Source: a virus
Length of the DNA stretch: 64,000 nt
Virus record (IMG/VR): IMGVR_UViG_3300010885_053065
Location: 25,720 to 89,719 of that record
Direction: 5' to 3' (one strand)
The stretch's first letter is position 1; every line of letters starts with the position of its first letter. Under the pieces are notes generated by a model. It saw only the letters and a program-made list of their open reading frames with translations. It was not told the DNA's origin and did not search any database. This document shows positions 19,555 to 27,795 of the stretch, in pieces. The position numbers were made by a program, and so were the translations under genes.

Positions 19555-20241
19555 TTAATCAACATCTGATTGGTTGGATTGAGCAATATAAGAGATTAAC
19601 TCAAGAAATCTACCACCACGCTTAGTAGATATCAATTGCTCTGTTGAGTGAAAATCTAATACTGAGTAGAGTTTAAATAGATTCTGAGATTTGTAGACAC
19701 CTGATAGTATCTCTGTCTTAGTGCATCCAAGAGACATTAACAGTTCAAAATAACCTAAAAACTCTATTAGCTCTTGTCTATTTATAGTAAGTAGATTTAT
19801 CTCAAAAAGTACAGGAAATATTTCTCTACTATTAGCTTCTTTAGCTAAGAATAAAATATGCTTTTGTCCAGATTCAGCTATAGCAATAGTAAAAGGCGGT
19901 TCAGGAGGGTTAACAAGCCATTCTCTAATCTGTGGTCTTGTGGGTAAGTCGGTTACTCTATCACCTTCAATCTTAGGGTAAGACTCTTTCTCTGAAATTA
20001 ACCAAGACCAACAACGACCAAATAATAGTACTTCTTTTTGACTATGTGGATTATAGTATTTAAGTCTTAGAGGGATAACGTAATGACAACGATCACATAA
20101 CTTATCAGAGGTTGGAGACTTAGCTGAACTGTGAGCCGTGAAACTGTCTTTTAGTATTCCTTCTTTAGGTTTGGTGGCAGGAATTGAACCACAGAGATAG
20201 CATGAGTCTTTTATTTTAGTGTCACTAGTCACGTCACTCAC
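19555..20241 (-). CDS. csf1: Type IV CRISPR Cas8-like Csf1
   Basis: CYLCG...KDSFT.H...LCDRC zinc finger; PPEPPF.IAIAESGQKHILF; both candidate GTG starts (20241, 20232) lie in repeat 1. Confidence 0.8.
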   Translation of the reverse strand: MSDVTSDTKIKDSCYLCGSIPATKPKEGILKDSFTAHSSAKSPTSDKLCDRCHYVIPLRLKYYNPHSQKEVLLFGRCWSWLISEKESYPKIEGDRVTDLPTRPQIREWLVNPPEPPFTIAIAESGQKHILFLAKEANSREIFPVLFEINLLTINRQELIEFLGYFELLMSLGCTKTEILSGVYKSQNLFKLYSVLDFHSTEQLISTKRGGRFLELISYIAQSNQSDVD

Positions 20242-20815
20242 CTTGGCTTTGGTAATAGTTCTCTTGGAGAGTTGGGAGATTTGTGTGCTATGTCACTAAA
20301 CACGACACTTGCCTTGGCTTTGGTAATACTAAAATTGTGAACTGCATAAAGAGAAGTGACATCCTCAAAAATGATTTTCTCTTTAATTTTGAGATCTTCT
20401 AGGCTATCGTAATCTACAGGCTCTCCATCTTCGGTGAGCAAGAATATATCCTGAGCGCCTATTCTGAGTGCATAAACTACATCAGGACGACTAGGCAGTG
20501 AGACGCTGTAAAGGGTATATTGTCCCATACTAATAAGGCTTAAAACAGCATCTGGGAGTTTACTGAGACGACTTTTTGGGATGGACGAAGTGGTGATCAT
20601 GGCTCTATCCTCTCTTTATTAGCTAATCTCAAAGTTGTAACAGATTACCAACTTGTTACCAAAAGATGATGGTGGCTAAAGTGAAGTAAATGGGTATTAA
20701 TGGTTAACTAAGCATTATGCTCAATTTATGGATTACATTCTACCTACAATCTAGCTCACTAAAAATATTTATTTCTGGTCACTAAACGCGTCACTTACCT
20801 TGGCTTTAGCAGTAG
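20221..20815 (-). CRISPR. Putative degenerate mini-array: three 38-bp repeats (20221-20258, 20292-20329, 20778-20815), one 33-nt spacer and one 448-bp interval
   Basis: Pairwise identity 31-32/38; plus-strand consensus GTCACTAAACACGTCACTTACCTTGGCTTTGGTAATAG with a TTACC/GGTAA stem; lies between cas6 and csf1. Orientation is assumed from the operon. Confidence 0.55.
20238..20600 (-). CDS. Hypothetical protein starting between repeats 3 and 2 and reading through repeat 2, the spacer and part of repeat 1
   Basis: GAGAGGATAGAGCC-ATG RBS; last ~30 aa are translated repeat/spacer. Confidence 0.5.
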   Translation of the reverse strand: MITTSSIPKSRLSKLPDAVLSLISMGQYTLYSVSLPSRPDVVYALRIGAQDIFLLTEDGEPVDYDSLEDLKIKEKIIFEDVTSLYAVHNFSITKAKASVVFSDIAHKSPNSPRELLPKPR

Positions 20816-20827
20816 CCTGTCTTTAGT

Positions 20828-21088
20828 TCAAGAGTAGATCAATTCAGCTATTCGTTTTTCCTCAGCCAGAAATTTTAATAAGTTATCGGGAAGCGGAACA
20901 GCTTGTAACTCAATCCAGTACAAACAATGTCTTGGCGCAAATTCTATATCACGATCTGTAGAAGATCCTACGGGAAAGCCATTCATGTCTAAATATCTCA
21001 ACACATCAAACAACTCCTCTTTGTCTTTTGTCCTAAATATCAACTTTGAAGAATTGCGAGGTGACTGCAAATATATTTCATACATCAT
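20828..21088 (-). CDS. Hypothetical protein
   Basis: AAGG RBS; ends 12 bp before repeat 3. Confidence 0.55.
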   Translation of the reverse strand: MMYEIYLQSPRNSSKLIFRTKDKEELFDVLRYLDMNGFPVGSSTDRDIEFAPRHCLYWIELQAVPLPDNLLKFLAEEKRIAELIYS

Positions 21089-21090
21089 TT

Positions 21091-21390
21091 TTACCTTAAT
21101 AGATGATAAACTTTATTGTTACACAACAAAAAACTTTTACCTATTTTCTCCAAACCTTTATTTAATATGTTGATTGCTGCATTTTGATCCCTATCTAAAA
21201 CACATTGACAGTGTGGGCATTGATGCAGTCTTACACTTAAAAGTTTTGGCACTTTTTCACCGCAACTTGAGCAATTCTGAGAAGTGTTGTGGGGGTTAAC
21301 TTCTATTACTTGAACTCCAAACTTAGAAGCTATTTCCTTTAGTCTTAAAACAAAATAACCCCATGCTGCATTAGAAATAGCTTTAGAAGG
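21091..21390 (-). pseudogene. tnpB: TnpB C-terminal remnant (not in the ORF track)
   Basis: Manual translation SKAISNAAWGYF...VNPHNTSQNCSSCG...HQCPHC..LDRDQNAAINIL; no upstream start in frame. Confidence 0.85.
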
Positions 21391-21512
21391 ATTTTCACAG
21401 TAAATTTTTGCATAACAGGATCGGTAGAGCCAAAACTTTTTTCATATGACACTCCGATAGTTTTTATTAGCGAGAAATCAAAAAGCCTAGAGTAATCTAG
21501 GCTGATAGTGTG

Positions 21513-21578
21513 GTTTAGTATTCCTTCTTTAGATTTGGTGGCAGGAATCGAACCACAAAGATAGCAAGAGTCTTTCAC
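21513..21578 (-). pseudogene. Duplicated 5' end of csf1
   Basis: GTG-KDSCYLCGSIPATKSKEGIL nearly identical in DNA to ~20149-20211, then diverges. Confidence 0.8.
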
Positions 21579-21592
21579 GCAATCTACAAATA

Positions 21593-21952
21593 TTATTTAA
21601 GTTTTTTCTCTATTGTAGTGGTGATGGTCTGATTGATAATCATAAGCTCTTTCTTGTTTTCGGTAATAGTTATAGTATGTTTGGTATCTTCTCTTACAGA
21701 ATTTACTTCTGTATCATCTCTATTGGTATTAATAACTTTTTTAGAATAATCTACATCATACTCAATTCTTTTTATGTTGCATGTTTTAGGTTGTAAATTA
21801 CAACTGGGTTGAATACTGGTAGAGCATCTATTTAAATTTGATATTTTGCAAGCTGGCGTGTTTTTAAGAGTCTCAAGATCTTCTGCTAGCACACTATTTG
21901 TATTTACTTCTAATGCAATAAAAAGTAATAAAATAAACAATGAAATACGCAT
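21593..21952 (-). CDS. Secreted Cys-containing hypothetical protein
   Basis: N-terminal signal peptide MRISLFILLLFIAL...VLA. Confidence 0.55.
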   Translation of the reverse strand: MRISLFILLLFIALEVNTNSVLAEDLETLKNTPACKISNLNRCSTSIQPSCNLQPKTCNIKRIEYDVDYSKKVINTNRDDTEVNSVREDTKHTITITENKKELMIINQTITTTIEKKLK

Positions 21953-22070
21953 AAGTTAAACCCCTGTTTCTTTATGATTTATTAATATTTTAACAACAAA
22001 ATATAGTTTTCTGTATACACTTTTCATTGTTTTAAGATATTCTCGTTTTATATTTAATAGTTCCGATAAT

Positions 22071-22655
22071 TTAAACAAACACTCCACAACCTAACTTGTG
22101 TTTACCGCCAATACCTGACACTTGAAGCTTAATAGAATCTTCTTTACTTAAGTTAAATGCTTTAGCTTTAAACCCTACTACAGTATAATTCCTCTCACTT
22201 CTTGGGATGCGTATTGTCAGTCTTTCTAATACTTCAATATCTGCTTTAATCTCTAACTTATCTAGTTGTTTATCTGCTGCTATTTTAAATAGCTCTGGAG
22301 TGACAGCATTCTTGATTACAACCAATCTAGCTATTAACTCTGTTTTACCTTCTAGCATCCTATATAAAGGGTTTCCTAGCCTTATTTGGTAGCGCATTAT
22401 CTTAAGGTTAGAGTCTTTAAGTTTAGTAAATAACTTGGCGTTATCTATAGTTGTTCTGATTAACAAAGTAGATTTATCTGTTAATTTAATCTCTCCATTG
22501 TTGTTAGGGAGTCCAGTTATTGTGTTAATAAAAACTTCCTCTAGACTATGGAGTTCTTGTATTTTTGAACACAAAGCAGAGTATAGATAATAATTATGGT
22601 CAGCATAGAGAGACTGACCATAAACAGGGAATAGAATATCAACAAATTGAGACAA
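22071..22655 (-). CDS. cas6: CRISPR endoribonuclease Cas6, MYXAN/I-B type
   Basis: VDILFPV.G..L.ADHNY.LYSAL N-terminus; S..LQ..GIGGKHKLGCGVF glycine loop. Confidence 0.9.
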   Translation of the reverse strand: MSQFVDILFPVYGQSLYADHNYYLYSALCSKIQELHSLEEVFINTITGLPNNNGEIKLTDKSTLLIRTTIDNAKLFTKLKDSNLKIMRYQIRLGNPLYRMLEGKTELIARLVVIKNAVTPELFKIAADKQLDKLEIKADIEVLERLTIRIPRSERNYTVVGFKAKAFNLSKEDSIKLQVSGIGGKHKLGCGVFV

Positions 22656-22674
22656 GTTAAATTAATTTCTCCAG

Positions 22675-23442
22675 TTACTGTAGAGACAAACTAACCAAGT
22701 TAAGTTTGTCTCTAGTCTCGTTCAAATCTTTTTCTATGTAATCTGAGACTGGAAAATCACTAAAAATATCAACAGAGTTTACTCCTATATTCCAAGCTTT
22801 AACAATGCGCTCAGTTTTAAAATAATCAACTCCTTGTGCTTCTAAAAATATCTGTAGTTGCTCCAACAATAGAATAGGAGGATTGCAGCGATTTATCATT
22901 CCTTCTTCAAAAGCAATTATTTCTAGTTCTCCTTGTACTGTAGTAGGAACATCTAGTAATATATGGTGAAAATCATGAACCAAGATATAGCTAGACGGAA
23001 ACATTGATGGTTTATCTACTGTTGCTACGTTTCCATTATTTTGATAATACTGGTGTAGAGCATATCCTACTGTTCCCTTCTTACAAAAAGGAAGTTTTTT
23101 AAAAAGTTTTATATTTTCTGGGTTAGGAGTTAATGATTCTAAGAAATAGCTTTTGAGTCCAATTAATTTATCTTTTAAAGACATAAAAGGCAATATTTTT
23201 GGCATTGTTTGTGTCCTTAAAGTACAAGTTGGTCTTACGTATTCAAACCTTATTCGGCTAAAGATCTGCCATAAATTAGCAGAAGTAACACCTAGTAAAT
23301 TAACTGGTGTCAGTAAACTTACTACATCGATTTCTGGTTTAACTAATTTAATAATTTCTTCTCTATTTTCTGCTTGAATAATTCGATTAAATAGATTATT
23401 ATCGGTCAAAACTTGTTCAAGAAAATTAAGTTCAACAGTCAT
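22675..23442 (-). CDS. Coq4-like metal-binding protein
   Basis: GTVGYAL..YY and HDFHHIL..VPTT.QGELEI.AF (HDxxH-x11-E). Confidence 0.6.
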   Translation of the reverse strand: MTVELNFLEQVLTDNNLFNRIIQAENREEIIKLVKPEIDVVSLLTPVNLLGVTSANLWQIFSRIRFEYVRPTCTLRTQTMPKILPFMSLKDKLIGLKSYFLESLTPNPENIKLFKKLPFCKKGTVGYALHQYYQNNGNVATVDKPSMFPSSYILVHDFHHILLDVPTTVQGELEIIAFEEGMINRCNPPILLLEQLQIFLEAQGVDYFKTERIVKAWNIGVNSVDIFSDFPVSDYIEKDLNETRDKLNLVSLSLQ

Positions 23443-24163
23443 AAAATGCCTCAGTTACATTCTGTTTTAAATATGAGTATAACATAGGATTAAATCGCTT
23501 CATGTTCTCTAAAGAGGTTTTCTGTAAGGATTTGTTTTTGTTAGCAGAATACCAATAATTAGCATGAGCATTGGTTCTACTTGTTTTACGGTCTAATTTG
23601 TCATACAAGTCCAAGTAAGGAATATCATAATAAAAAAGATAAGCCCAAACATCCTGCCATGACCACCATGCAAGAGGACATACTCTATAGTATCCTTTAT
23701 GTTTTCCTGTTTGGTATTGATGAATTAACCCGTATTTTTTTAGAGATCTTCTTCTATTAATACTTTCTTCTGCTCTTAGCCCAACAAAAGCCACACTGTA
23801 ATCAACTACTGCATTTATCCTGTCTTGGACTGTATCAGAAGTAGCAGCATTCTCTTTTTGAGCTTTAATATCTAAATACTTAGTTGGAAATTTCTCACAA
23901 TACCTAGAGATTGTTTCCGAGTAATTAGAAACATAATCTTGCTCTATTGAGCTATAACAAACTGCAGCAATATCAGGTTTAATTTGTTGGCAAAGGTGCA
24001 ACATTACGGTTGAATCTTTGCCCCAACTAATAGCTACATAAGAGTCACCAATCTCTAGAGCTTCAGAAATTATTTGCTTGGATTTCTCTACTCTTTTTTT
24101 AAAGCTATCTAGTAGCGCATAACCTCTATAGGCTTGATATTCTGGATCATCTTTTAAAAGCAA
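23432..24163 (-). CDS. cysH: CysH/PAPS-reductase-like protein of type IV-B loci
   Basis: SWGKDS PP-loop, VGLRAEES..RR, CPLAWWSWQDVWAY. Confidence 0.85.
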   Translation of the reverse strand: MLLKDDPEYQAYRGYALLDSFKKRVEKSKQIISEALEIGDSYVAISWGKDSTVMLHLCQQIKPDIAAVCYSSIEQDYVSNYSETISRYCEKFPTKYLDIKAQKENAATSDTVQDRINAVVDYSVAFVGLRAEESINRRRSLKKYGLIHQYQTGKHKGYYRVCPLAWWSWQDVWAYLFYYDIPYLDLYDKLDRKTSRTNAHANYWYSANKNKSLQKTSLENMKRFNPMLYSYLKQNVTEAFYDC

Positions 24164-24166
24164 CTG

Positions 24167-24865
24167 TCAATTAGCATTGGTTTTTAACCTAGGCTTCTCC
24201 TTAATCTGTCTTACATTGTCTTTTGGTATATAACACAGTACTTGATTCTGATGCATCCATGATGGTGTTTTCCAAGCCACAACCATCATGTCATGCACCT
24301 CTAAATCTAGTTGCTGTGCCATCTCTAAAGGAATTGGTCTTGTGACACGTCTTTCTTTCTCAAACGACCAGTCATAGTCAATTTCTTTAACTGACCACTC
24401 AGAGACATAAGCAAAGCCGTAGGATCTCTTTTTCCCTAAGTGAGTAACTGTAGATAGAGCTAACTTTATCTGCTCTTTATCTCCTACTACAAACCAGTCA
24501 ATCCTTTCAGTAAGCTTCAAGAATAGAGGTAGATCATAAGACTTGAATTGACCATCTGAGCCAGAAAACTTAGCCTTCTTCTTACCCCAATCAAGATGCT
24601 CACTTTGATAATCCCACCGTTTTCTATATCTATCAGTACTCTCTATAGAGTATAAGTAGTGAGGACTAGAAGCTTGATAGAAACCTAGTTCATGCTTTTT
24701 AATTGGTAACTCAATCTCAGTTAAAGTCTCAAAGGTTACGTTAGTGTCAAGTCTACCAGTTGATTCTCTAACTGAGTACTCTATTATCCCTGTGATATCA
24801 GGAGAAAGATTGTCTGTTACAGCAATAGGTCTAGCTAGATTAGCTGTTATTTGTAAAGGAATCAT
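24167..24865 (-). CDS. csf3: Type IV CRISPR Cas5-group Csf3
   Basis: PLQITANL..PI, WF.VGD...I, HLGKKRSYGF..V..W.V, RPIP. Confidence 0.85.
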   Translation of the reverse strand: MIPLQITANLARPIAVTDNLSPDITGIIEYSVRESTGRLDTNVTFETLTEIELPIKKHELGFYQASSPHYLYSIESTDRYRKRWDYQSEHLDWGKKKAKFSGSDGQFKSYDLPLFLKLTERIDWFVVGDKEQIKLALSTVTHLGKKRSYGFAYVSEWSVKEIDYDWSFEKERRVTRPIPLEMAQQLDLEVHDMMVVAWKTPSWMHQNQVLCYIPKDNVRQIKEKPRLKTNAN

Positions 24866-25425
24866 GGCTTACTTAAATCCAATTGATTACAAAGTTTATC
24901 TATTACCAAGTGATAAACAGTACCACTAGAGCCAGACTCATGTGTGTTAATTAATAGTTCAACTAAAGCAAAAAAACTTAAAGGTCCTTGAAGCGTTACG
25001 TCCAACTGCAAAGAAGAAATAACATTTTTTATCTTCTCAGCAAGAACGTTTAGTAGACACTTTTTAATCGAGATTCTTGATGGCTCAAAAAGATGTACTG
25101 ATAGATAAATATAGGCAGCAACTAGGTCAATTAGTGAGTGTTCTTCTGACTCAATATCAGTTGCTTCTGTTGTGGATAATACTGATTCAATTGTTGTCAT
25201 TTCTACCTGATTAATTATTTCTATTTGTTGTGATTCTTCTATTTTATCAATTGTCTCTTCTTGCTCAGTAATCCCAATACCGTGCTCATTTAGATATTTC
25301 AAATACCAATTACGCATCGTTTTAGGAGGAACCAAAGGGAAATCTTTATAAAGTCTTCTAGGTTGACTTCCATTTCTAAACCTATTTAATATCTCTGACT
25401 TGTACTTGTCTCCTCTACTAGCCAT
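24862..25425 (-). CDS. Putative HTH regulator between csf2 and csf3
   Basis: N-terminal EILNRF..G..PRRLYKDFP.VP.KTMRNW HTH-like segment; translationally coupled on both sides. Confidence 0.5.
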   Translation of the reverse strand: MASRGDKYKSEILNRFRNGSQPRRLYKDFPLVPPKTMRNWYLKYLNEHGIGITEQEETIDKIEESQQIEIINQVEMTTIESVLSTTEATDIESEEHSLIDLVAAYIYLSVHLFEPSRISIKKCLLNVLAEKIKNVISSLQLDVTLQGPLSFFALVELLINTHESGSSGTVYHLVIDKLCNQLDLSKP

Positions 25426-26588
25426 TATCCAAATACTCCCTTGATTTCACTGTTATTACTTTTAATAAACTCTCGATAATCAGCCAGATAAGATTTATAT
25501 CTCTCTTGCTGTAGACTAGCTCTACTTTCTAATACTTGATGTCCATCTTTAATTGATATCCAACTACCTGCTTCTTCTCCACTAGAGTAATAAATCTCTA
25601 CAGCAACTCTACCGAAACCTGTATTACTCATCCCTCCTAAATAAGGATTCTCTGCCCAATTGCTAATAGCATCAGCTATAAACCCTTCCTCAATATCAGT
25701 AACGTTAGCATCCCACCGAGAGTAGAGTTTTGCTCCTTGCTGTATTAACCATGCACCCATAATCATTTGATTAGACTTTTGTTTCTCTTCTTTTTTCTCT
25801 GTACTATCTCCAAATAAAGATTGTTGTCCTTCTTTAGATGCAGCAGGCAATAAGTACTTAACAAGAGAAGGATCATGGTGTGAGTCCATTCTTACCTTTT
25901 GGTTATAGGTTAACCAGTGTGGGTAAGGTCTGAGAATCTCTTGTAGGTAGGGTAGCCAATACTTTAGAGTTTCTTTGTAGCTAGTATCGTCTAGCGTCTG
26001 TTCTCTCTTAAAGAGGAAATTAGAGACTCTTGTTTCCTCTAAATCTTTTTTAGCTTGAGAGATAGCTTTTAACCCCTCTAAAGCAGCTGCAGGTAAAGCA
26101 GGTTGAAATATTTGAAACTGATTTAAGGCTGACTCGTAACAAATAAGCATTGCATCGCCAACATTAATCCGACCTGGAATCATTTGAGCATCTTTACCAC
26201 CAAAGACTCCTTTAGGTTTAGCTGTTCCTAGTACTGATATAGGAGGTAAAAACTGTCTTATCTTTTTATCAAGCTCTAGATCATTAGCTGTACCACCATC
26301 AATTGCACCACCACAGAACAAAGTATGATGCAAGATTGGAGATACCTGTATCCCTAGTTCACTTAAGAAAGAATCGACTCCTACACGTCTTAATATTCTG
26401 TTCCTTAGTGCGTTACCTGAGAGACAAAATACTTGGCTAGGATTGCCTTCTATATCGGTTATAGCTAGAGTTTTGAGGTTAGCTTGATTGCCTACTGATT
26501 CTCCAATATGGGATAGAGGTGACAAAGTTTCTATTACTAAGTGAAAAGTAATTCTGTGGCGTTGGTTCGGGTTGTAATTATTTGGCAT
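25425..26588 (-). CDS. csf2: Type IV CRISPR Cas7-group Csf2
   Basis: TLSPLSHIGE, LSGNALR..ILRR, LFCGGA, ISVLG, GRINVG, QMI, LGGMS.TGFGRV. Confidence 0.9.
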   Translation of the reverse strand: MPNNYNPNQRHRITFHLVIETLSPLSHIGESVGNQANLKTLAITDIEGNPSQVFCLSGNALRNRILRRVGVDSFLSELGIQVSPILHHTLFCGGAIDGGTANDLELDKKIRQFLPPISVLGTAKPKGVFGGKDAQMIPGRINVGDAMLICYESALNQFQIFQPALPAAALEGLKAISQAKKDLEETRVSNFLFKREQTLDDTSYKETLKYWLPYLQEILRPYPHWLTYNQKVRMDSHHDPSLVKYLLPAASKEGQQSLFGDSTEKKEEKQKSNQMIMGAWLIQQGAKLYSRWDANVTDIEEGFIADAISNWAENPYLGGMSNTGFGRVAVEIYYSSGEEAGSWISIKDGHQVLESRASLQQERYKSYLADYREFIKSNNSEIKGVFG

Positions 26589-26897
26589 TTAACTATTAAT
26601 TATCTCCTCTTCATCTGGATAAACCTTTGTGGTCTTTTCACTTACGTAATAAATTTCAAGATTTGGACAAAGAGACAATATTTTGTCTGACTCTTCTTGT
26701 CGTCTTTGTTTTTCATACTCAATCATTTTATCTATTAACAATTCTTCATCTTTTTCTTGATGAGCGTCTACAAGGAACTTAGCTACTTTATCTAAATTTC
26801 TACTTATTTCATTGGGATTATTACAATCAATAGACTCTACAAACAATCGTCCTGCATCATCTGGAGTCAACTTCTCTATCGCCTTTTTAGACATCAA
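26589..26897 (-). CDS. Hypothetical acidic protein
   Basis: Coupled ORF between the cas11-like gene and csf2. Confidence 0.5.
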   Translation of the reverse strand: MMSKKAIEKLTPDDAGRLFVESIDCNNPNEISRNLDKVAKFLVDAHQEKDEELLIDKMIEYEKQRRQEESDKILSLCPNLEIYYVSEKTTKVYPDEEEIINS

Positions 26898-27399
26898 TTA
26901 CATCCTCATCTTCTTGTTTATTGAGCCATAAAGCTTTATCTTCTTCATGTTTTAAGCGAACATATAAAGCGACAATTTGTGACTTTTCTAGACACTGTCT
27001 TAATACGGCTCTATCGGTTATTCCAAACTGAATAGACCACCGTTTTATTATATCTTCCCAAGATTCCCACACTAAAGACTGATCTGAGTCAATCTGTTGT
27101 ATTTCTCCTACATTTCCATCCTCAGCTTTAGCTGCTCTTAAAATTACTTGTTGAGGTTGAACTAATCTAGTCCACTCTTTAGGTTTAAGTGTTGGAACAA
27201 CCAATCTTTTAGAGAGATAGTGAATATAGTCGTTTAAGTTTCTAGAGGGAATAGCAGCATTTTCTATTGATGTTTGAACATACTCCCAAGTCTTAATTCC
27301 GTTAGCAGGAGAACGTTGTTTGTCACGGCATCTAAATACCCAATAAGTTAAGGCGCTAGCTAAAGCTATTGGTTTGTCTTCTGTATTAATTCCTAACAA
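26887..27399 (-). CDS. Putative type IV-B small subunit (Cas11-like)
   Basis: Helical 170-aa protein just upstream of csf2; W..V...IENAA...L.DY...L...L and IVALYVRLKHEEDK; mainly positional inference. Confidence 0.55.
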   Translation of the reverse strand: MLGINTEDKPIALASALTYWVFRCRDKQRSPANGIKTWEYVQTSIENAAIPSRNLNDYIHYLSKRLVVPTLKPKEWTRLVQPQQVILRAAKAEDGNVGEIQQIDSDQSLVWESWEDIIKRWSIQFGITDRAVLRQCLEKSQIVALYVRLKHEEDKALWLNKQEDEDVIDV

Positions 27400-27674
27400 A
27401 TTCTTGTCCCTATTTCTATTAATAATTTTCCGTCAGAATCTAATTGATATTCTATAAATTCTAACTTACGGTAAACAATTTGATTACCTGTGTGATAACA
27501 CTTGTTTATCTTTATACACATATATTCAATTGACGGAGATTTGTATTTTTTTAAATGATTCTGTAAACGCTTTTTACAATCTTCTAGATTATAAAAATTT
27601 CTTCGTTCAATACAATACTCTGTTTTTTTAGAGATTAAATCTACTTTAATATACTCAAAATAATAAAAAAACAT
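27393..27674 (-). CDS. Hypothetical inserted gene
   Basis: Very AT-rich; flanked by a 16-bp duplication of the cas11-like start. Confidence 0.45.
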   Translation of the reverse strand: MFFYYFEYIKVDLISKKTEYCIERRNFYNLEDCKKRLQNHLKKYKSPSIEYMCIKINKCYHTGNQIVYRKLEFIEYQLDSDGKLLIEIGTRIC

Positions 27675-27795
27675 ATTTTTTTTTATTTCCTGTATTAATT
27701 CCTAATATTAGTTTTTTGATTCATTGGCTTTAAAAACACACAACATACTAGGGATCGGGGTAAATAAACAAAATACCCCAATAGAACGATAATAC

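Noticed and set aside
21108-21128. Minus-strand TGTTGTGTAACAATAAAGTT resembling a Tn7 end
   Set aside because: Single site, no further TnsB boxes and no tns genes, so no CAST claim
21345-21578. 77-aa ORF as a functional gene
   Set aside because: Chimera of a csf1 5' duplicate and unrelated debris
23432-24163. Sulfate-assimilation auxiliary metabolic gene
   Set aside because: No C-terminal ECG motif and it sits in the csf operon; better read as the IV-B accessory
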